NCBI GenBank assembly: GCA_016840465.1
Contig: JAEOSH010000015.1
Coordinates: 11,803-43,802 of the forward strand
DNA from: Candidatus Baldrarchaeum yapensis
GTDB lineage: Archaea; Asgardarchaeota; Baldrarchaeia; Baldrarchaeales; Baldrarchaeaceae
Direction of reading: 5' to 3'
DNA length: 32,000 bases
Part shown: positions 28,262 through 32,000 of the stretch, piece by piece
Layout: each line of letters starts with the position of its first letter
Numbering within the stretch: the stretch's first letter is position 1
Notes under the pieces: model-generated
What the model was told of the DNA's origin: nothing
The model's database searches: none
The model's input: only the letters and a program-made list of their open reading frames with translations
Made by a program: the position numbers and the translations under genes

Positions 28262-29150
28262 TCTGCTCTCCTTCCTTTCTTCCCGATGTTAGGGTAACAT
28301 ACCCGTAGCGTAGTGCAAGACCCAGAACGAACTTCACGATGCTTATCGGTATTCTCTCGAGATGTGCTATCTCCCTCACACTCTTAGTACCATCACACCT
28401 ACTTATGATGGACATCCCGACATCCCCATACATGCTCTTTATGAGAACGGGGGTTATCCCGGGGACCCTAACAAGTACGTCCCATTCTTCCACCTTTGCA
28501 TGAGGAAACTCTATGACTCCCTCTTTAACTCCGAGCAACATTAGTGTTACAATATCATTTAACGGCATGCTTGCGATGTTTGCAATGTCCTCCACACTTT
28601 TCTTCCCGTTCACAAGATCCATGATCCTAATGAACTTCATTTTTACATCTCCAGGAACTGGCAAGCGACGGACGACCGCCACGGGATCTGATAGGAGTTT
28701 AGGAACGAACCTTGGATTTATCGGTTGCCCGGGGAACTCCATCATGACGTGAAGTATGAAGCGACGAAATACTGACACGTCCAGGATACACCCCCAGTTC
28801 TTAAGTTCCCGCTCGTACATTCTCTCAAACAATGCTACTATCTTCTTGAGTTTTGCACGTATTTCTTCTGTTTCCTCATCGGCTATTAACGCACCGACAA
28901 CCATTCTCCCTCTCTCTATAACTATTTTGAAGGACCCCCTGTCGATGCTTTTCAGATAGCCGCCCTTTTCTGGCATAAGTTCTCCGGCAAAGGAGTTTAT
29001 TGCTTGCAGGAAGCCGGTAACGAGCAGAGGATCAACCTCCACACTTCCAAATTTATAACTAAATAGGCATTCTCCGCTCTCTTCCAAAAATATGTAGAGA
29101 TTGTGAACTCGAACACTCGTTTTTTTGCCTTCCTGCTTCTCTACACTCAT
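28239..29150 (-). CDS. Longin domain + two winged-helix repeats (NPRL2-like architecture)
   Basis: HNLYIFLEESGECLFSYKF...DPLLVTGFLQAINSFAGEL longin pattern; repeats NGKKSVEDIA and DGTKSVREIA; ATGA overlap with upstream stop. Confidence 0.75.
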   Translation of the reverse strand: MSVEKQEGKKTSVRVHNLYIFLEESGECLFSYKFGSVEVDPLLVTGFLQAINSFAGELMPEKGGYLKSIDRGSFKIVIERGRMVVGALIADEETEEIRAKLKKIVALFERMYERELKNWGCILDVSVFRRFILHVMMEFPGQPINPRFVPKLLSDPVAVVRRLPVPGDVKMKFIRIMDLVNGKKSVEDIANIASMPLNDIVTLMLLGVKEGVIEFPHAKVEEWDVLVRVPGITPVLIKSMYGDVGMSIISRCDGTKSVREIAHLERIPISIVKFVLGLALRYGYVTLTSGRKEGEQNEQCKRH

Positions 29151-29656
29151 GCCCCTCCTCTCTCTTCTATCTCTCTCTTCTTAGCCTCAAGCTCTTTTAT
29201 AAGCTCCCTGTACTCCTCCTCACTTATGAATCCACTTTCTTTCTGGAACTCCAAATCCATGATTTGTCTCTCGAGGTCCATAAGTTCTGTCCTGGGAAGT
29301 TCTACGGATTCTACCTCCTGTGCTTCATGTACAGTCTCTTCTAGGTCGCTAGCCGCTACCATTTCGGGTACTTTGGATTCTACAGATTCTACACTCGTAG
29401 GTTGAGTTGGCTTCATTTGTGGTGTCTCCATTTTGGCCATTTCTTTAGTTTCTAATTTCTTTTCCTCGATTTCCCCTATTCCCTCGAGCATTAATGCTAT
29501 TTTTTCCGGGATCCATTCTCCAAACAGTCTTATCAGCAGATCGACTTTCCGTTCAAGTTTTTCGATCCTCTCGATGAGATCGATGACCCCTGCTTCTTTC
29601 ATTAAAGAGCGTACGAGGGCTTTCAGGGCGTTACCTAACTCGGATGGTTCTTTCAT
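29147..29656 (-). CDS. Coiled-coil protein with acidic linker and C-terminal SHOCT-like motif
   Basis: IERIEKLERKVDLL heptads; DLEFQKESGFISEEEYRELIKEL; RBS GGGGTGA before ATG 29656. Confidence 0.7.
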   Translation of the reverse strand: MKEPSELGNALKALVRSLMKEAGVIDLIERIEKLERKVDLLIRLFGEWIPEKIALMLEGIGEIEEKKLETKEMAKMETPQMKPTQPTSVESVESKVPEMVAASDLEETVHEAQEVESVELPRTELMDLERQIMDLEFQKESGFISEEEYRELIKELEAKKREIEERGGA

Positions 29657-29672
29657 CACATCACCCCATTCA

Positions 29673-30503
29673 TCAACTGAGTAATGCACTTTTTATCACA
29701 TCCATAATTTTAGATCGGTAAGCAGGGTCAATCGCAACACATCCATAAGTTTTTATTCCGAGTGTTTGCTCGATCACATCCGCGGGAAGCGATTTAGGCA
29801 GGTCCTGCTTATTTGCGATGGCGAGGATTACGGAGTACCTTGCAGGGTCCCTAATCATCGGCATTATTTGGGATTTTGTACGTTCTACATTATCAGGTGT
29901 GGAATCGGTCACTACAACCACCACGTCGCTCCCCCTTATCAGTATGTCCCATATTGGCATAAATCTCTCCTGACCACCCACGGTGAACAGTATAACTCTG
30001 TAGGGTCCAATAGGGAGTGTCATAATGGCCCGCTCCCCGAACATGGTGGGCTCGTACCTTAGCGGTATACGTTCGTGCCTTAGCAATCTGAGTAGAGTTG
30101 TCTTACCCACCCCTCCGAAGCCGACGAAGCACACTTTTGCCGGAATTGTCGCAATTACTCTTCTGCTGAGGATGCTGAGGTGCCTTTCTTCCTCGACCGA
30201 GAGAGGACTATTAAATCTCTGGGATGCGACATCTCTGAGGTACTCGGTGAGCGCACCTTCCACCTCCTCCCTATCGCACGATCTGTTGTTAATCATCACG
30301 ACAATGTAGTCTCCGAGCGTCCCGTACGATATTCTATATCTGAAGATCTCCGAGTGGTCGATCACGCCGTCGTCCATTGCCCTTGCAACAGGAAGTATCA
30401 ACTGTGAGATCTCATCGAAGTTTATCCTGCCGATATTTGCGTACTTTCTATGAAATATAAGGCGAAGATCGTCCTTCTTGTAGATGTATATCTGTCTTAT
30501 CAA
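29673..30503 (-). CDS. Longin-like domain fused to Ras-superfamily (Arf/Rag-like) small GTPase
   Basis: G1 GFGGVGKT, G2 PTM, G3 FTVGGQ (no Asp), G4 NKQD, G5-like CVA; N-terminal IRQIYIY...LIFHRKY longin-like. Confidence 0.88.
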   Translation of the reverse strand: MIRQIYIYKKDDLRLIFHRKYANIGRINFDEISQLILPVARAMDDGVIDHSEIFRYRISYGTLGDYIVVMINNRSCDREEVEGALTEYLRDVASQRFNSPLSVEEERHLSILSRRVIATIPAKVCFVGFGGVGKTTLLRLLRHERIPLRYEPTMFGERAIMTLPIGPYRVILFTVGGQERFMPIWDILIRGSDVVVVVTDSTPDNVERTKSQIMPMIRDPARYSVILAIANKQDLPKSLPADVIEQTLGIKTYGCVAIDPAYRSKIMDVIKSALLS

Positions 30504-31555
30504 CGCTTTTCCCTCATCATCTCCATGTATGACTCCTTGAGCAACATTAGATATTGGCGGAGCCCTTCATCCCATGACTCGACGTTACCGTACAGCTCTA
30601 TCATTTTTCTAAGCTGATACTCCGGGAAGAATATCAGCAACAGCGGTTCGCTCAGTGGGAAAACTTCCTCGCCTCTCATTTCTATAAACCTGTTACGCTC
30701 TAACCACCCAAGTATGTCGAACAGTTCTCCACTCGGTATGTCAACCTCGTCTCTTATCTCCTCTATCGAGACCACACCCTTTTTCCTGATGCACGACAAC
30801 ACCCGATACGTGTCCGGATCGGTGAGGGCTCTCGCCAGCACCATTGCTTCCCTGCTATCGGGCTTATACTTTGAGAACAGTGCTATTACGGAGGATCTAA
30901 TATCTCGTGGCACTTTTTTCGTTCTCGGTGGAACTCTTAATATTTCACAATCCCTCACAAGAAATGCCACTTCACTTGAGGCGCCCTCTATCCATCGTGT
31001 GACCACGAGATCCAGTTTTACTAGAGGAGAGAGTACTGACCTCATATCCACGGTTCTCAAACCGAATGCGTGTTTTATTTCTCCCGATAGTTGGTCAAGC
31101 GTCATTAGGCCTTTTTCTCTCAACTTTTGCAACACAAAGACTTTCATAGGATCCAGGAACAGACGAGCAACCTTTTGCTCGATGCTCATGTGTGGATACT
31201 GCTCTATCAGTTTGAAAAGGTCTTCAAGATGCTCGAGGTATTCACCACCCTCTATCTGGTCGAATATCCTTGAGGCAACCTCCACAACCACTTCCTCATA
31301 ATCTTCGGGATCTTCAGCCTCCGAGAGGAGGATCGCAACGTACCTGTTTATCTCTATACCTCCAAAATAGCTGATAATCCTGAGGTCGTCGACCCTTATG
31401 GAGATGAGATTCGCCTCCCGCGCCTCACCCAGCACATGACTTCCGTAAATCTTCATCGTTAGATCAGGATCAACTCTGAGGGATGGAGGGAAACGGGCTT
31501 CGAGAACCGTCCCCCTCCGGTTATCCCATTTCACTACGATCATTCCGATCGGCAA
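30500..31555 (-). CDS. uDENN/longin-like domain + two winged helices
   Basis: MIVVKWDNRRGTVLEARFP fits the uDENN opening pattern hhhh[FW]DxxxGxxhxxxYP; two wHTH-like segments; TTGA overlap with GTPase start. Confidence 0.7.
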   Translation of the reverse strand: MPIGMIVVKWDNRRGTVLEARFPPSLRVDPDLTMKIYGSHVLGEAREANLISIRVDDLRIISYFGGIEINRYVAILLSEAEDPEDYEEVVVEVASRIFDQIEGGEYLEHLEDLFKLIEQYPHMSIEQKVARLFLDPMKVFVLQKLREKGLMTLDQLSGEIKHAFGLRTVDMRSVLSPLVKLDLVVTRWIEGASSEVAFLVRDCEILRVPPRTKKVPRDIRSSVIALFSKYKPDSREAMVLARALTDPDTYRVLSCIRKKGVVSIEEIRDEVDIPSGELFDILGWLERNRFIEMRGEEVFPLSEPLLLIFFPEYQLRKMIELYGNVESWDEGLRQYLMLLKESYMEMMREKR

Positions 31556-31648
31556 GTTTATCCTCTCTAGATGCGATCTCCGGAGTTTTTACCGTTCAAA
31601 TAAAATTTTTTGTTATCCTAACGTTTATCGCGATCCTTATTTAAAAAT

Positions 31649-31660
31649 TTTTATATAAAA
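31649..31660. promoter_or_regulatory. Palindromic TATA box in a divergent AT-rich intergenic region
   Basis: TTTTATATAAAA between divergent starts at 31555 (-) and 31861 (+). Confidence 0.4.
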
Positions 31661-31860
31661 CCGAAATCTCGCAAATGATGTTTTTTAATGCATATATACC
31701 GAAATTGACGATCTTTTCCGATGGGGAGATCTTGGCGCAATCTGGCGACAAAAAACTGAAAAATGTCCAATTGCAAATAAATCTTTCATTGCTTATTTTT
31801 GCATGGAAAGATTTAAATAGAGGGTTTCTGGAAGAATACGAAATTATCGACCGAATTTAA

Positions 31861-32000
31861 ATGGAGAGCATAGTAATGATTTCGAAAAATTGGGCAAAAC
31901 GCTTTTTGACGATTTTTATACTCCTATTAATAGTCGTTGCCGCCATGCTCGTCGTTTTCGTGACATTCACCGGTGTCCCTTCTGCAATGGCAAGTAATGG
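31861..32000 (+). CDS. Secreted or membrane protein, N-terminus only (runs off window)
   Basis: MESIVMISKNWAKRFLTIFILLLIVVAAMLVVFVTFTGVPSAMAS: basic n-region, long hydrophobic h-region, AMA-S cleavage-like site. Confidence 0.6.
   Translation, partial: MESIVMISKNWAKRFLTIFILLLIVVAAMLVVFVTFTGVPSAMASN

Noticed and set aside
1-32000. tRNA, rRNA or CRISPR arrays
   Set aside because: No cloverleaf/T-loop signature or regularly spaced repeats were seen in any intergenic region. This was a by-eye scan only.

Overview
Archaeal chromosomal window, probably from an Asgard archaeon. This is inferred from a longin/uDENN/small-GTPase operon at 27.8-31.6 kb, GGTGA/GGAGG ribosome-binding sites (RBS) and TATA-like promoters. 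In order it contains: (1) the end of a histidine operon (HAD phosphatase, hisB, hisH, hisA, hisF, hisI); (2) an intact AbiE-like type IV toxin-antitoxin (TA) pair; (3) a partly decayed acyl-CoA/lipid catabolic island. The island's intact genes are an ADP-forming acyl-CoA synthetase alpha subunit, a V4R protein, a nitronate-monooxygenase/FabK-like flavoenzyme and a two-subunit CoA-transferase. Its broken genes are a CCG Fe-S oxidoreductase, two DUF35 OB-fold genes, SCP2 and kce. Then come (4) a vapBC remnant; (5) a MoxR AAA+/VWA pair; (6) 2-oxoacid:ferredoxin oxidoreductase alpha/beta/gamma, UPF0146 and a sirtuin; (7) a decayed nucleotidyltransferase TA pair, PaREP1 and a COG1373-type ATPase; and (8) a five-gene coupled operon of eukaryote-signature-like proteins (uDENN/longin-wHTH, longin-GTPase with a non-canonical G3 motif, SHOCT-like coiled coil, NPRL2-like longin-2xwHTH, wHTH). 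Outside the ORF track there is a structured non-coding element in two full copies (12391-12610 +, 20081-20357 -) plus a left-end remnant (about 10690). One copy is inserted without target duplication into kce. It looks like a non-autonomous IS200/IS605 (tnpB omegaRNA-like) derivative. No tRNA, rRNA or CRISPR array was seen. All family calls come from motif recognition by eye; no database searches were run.
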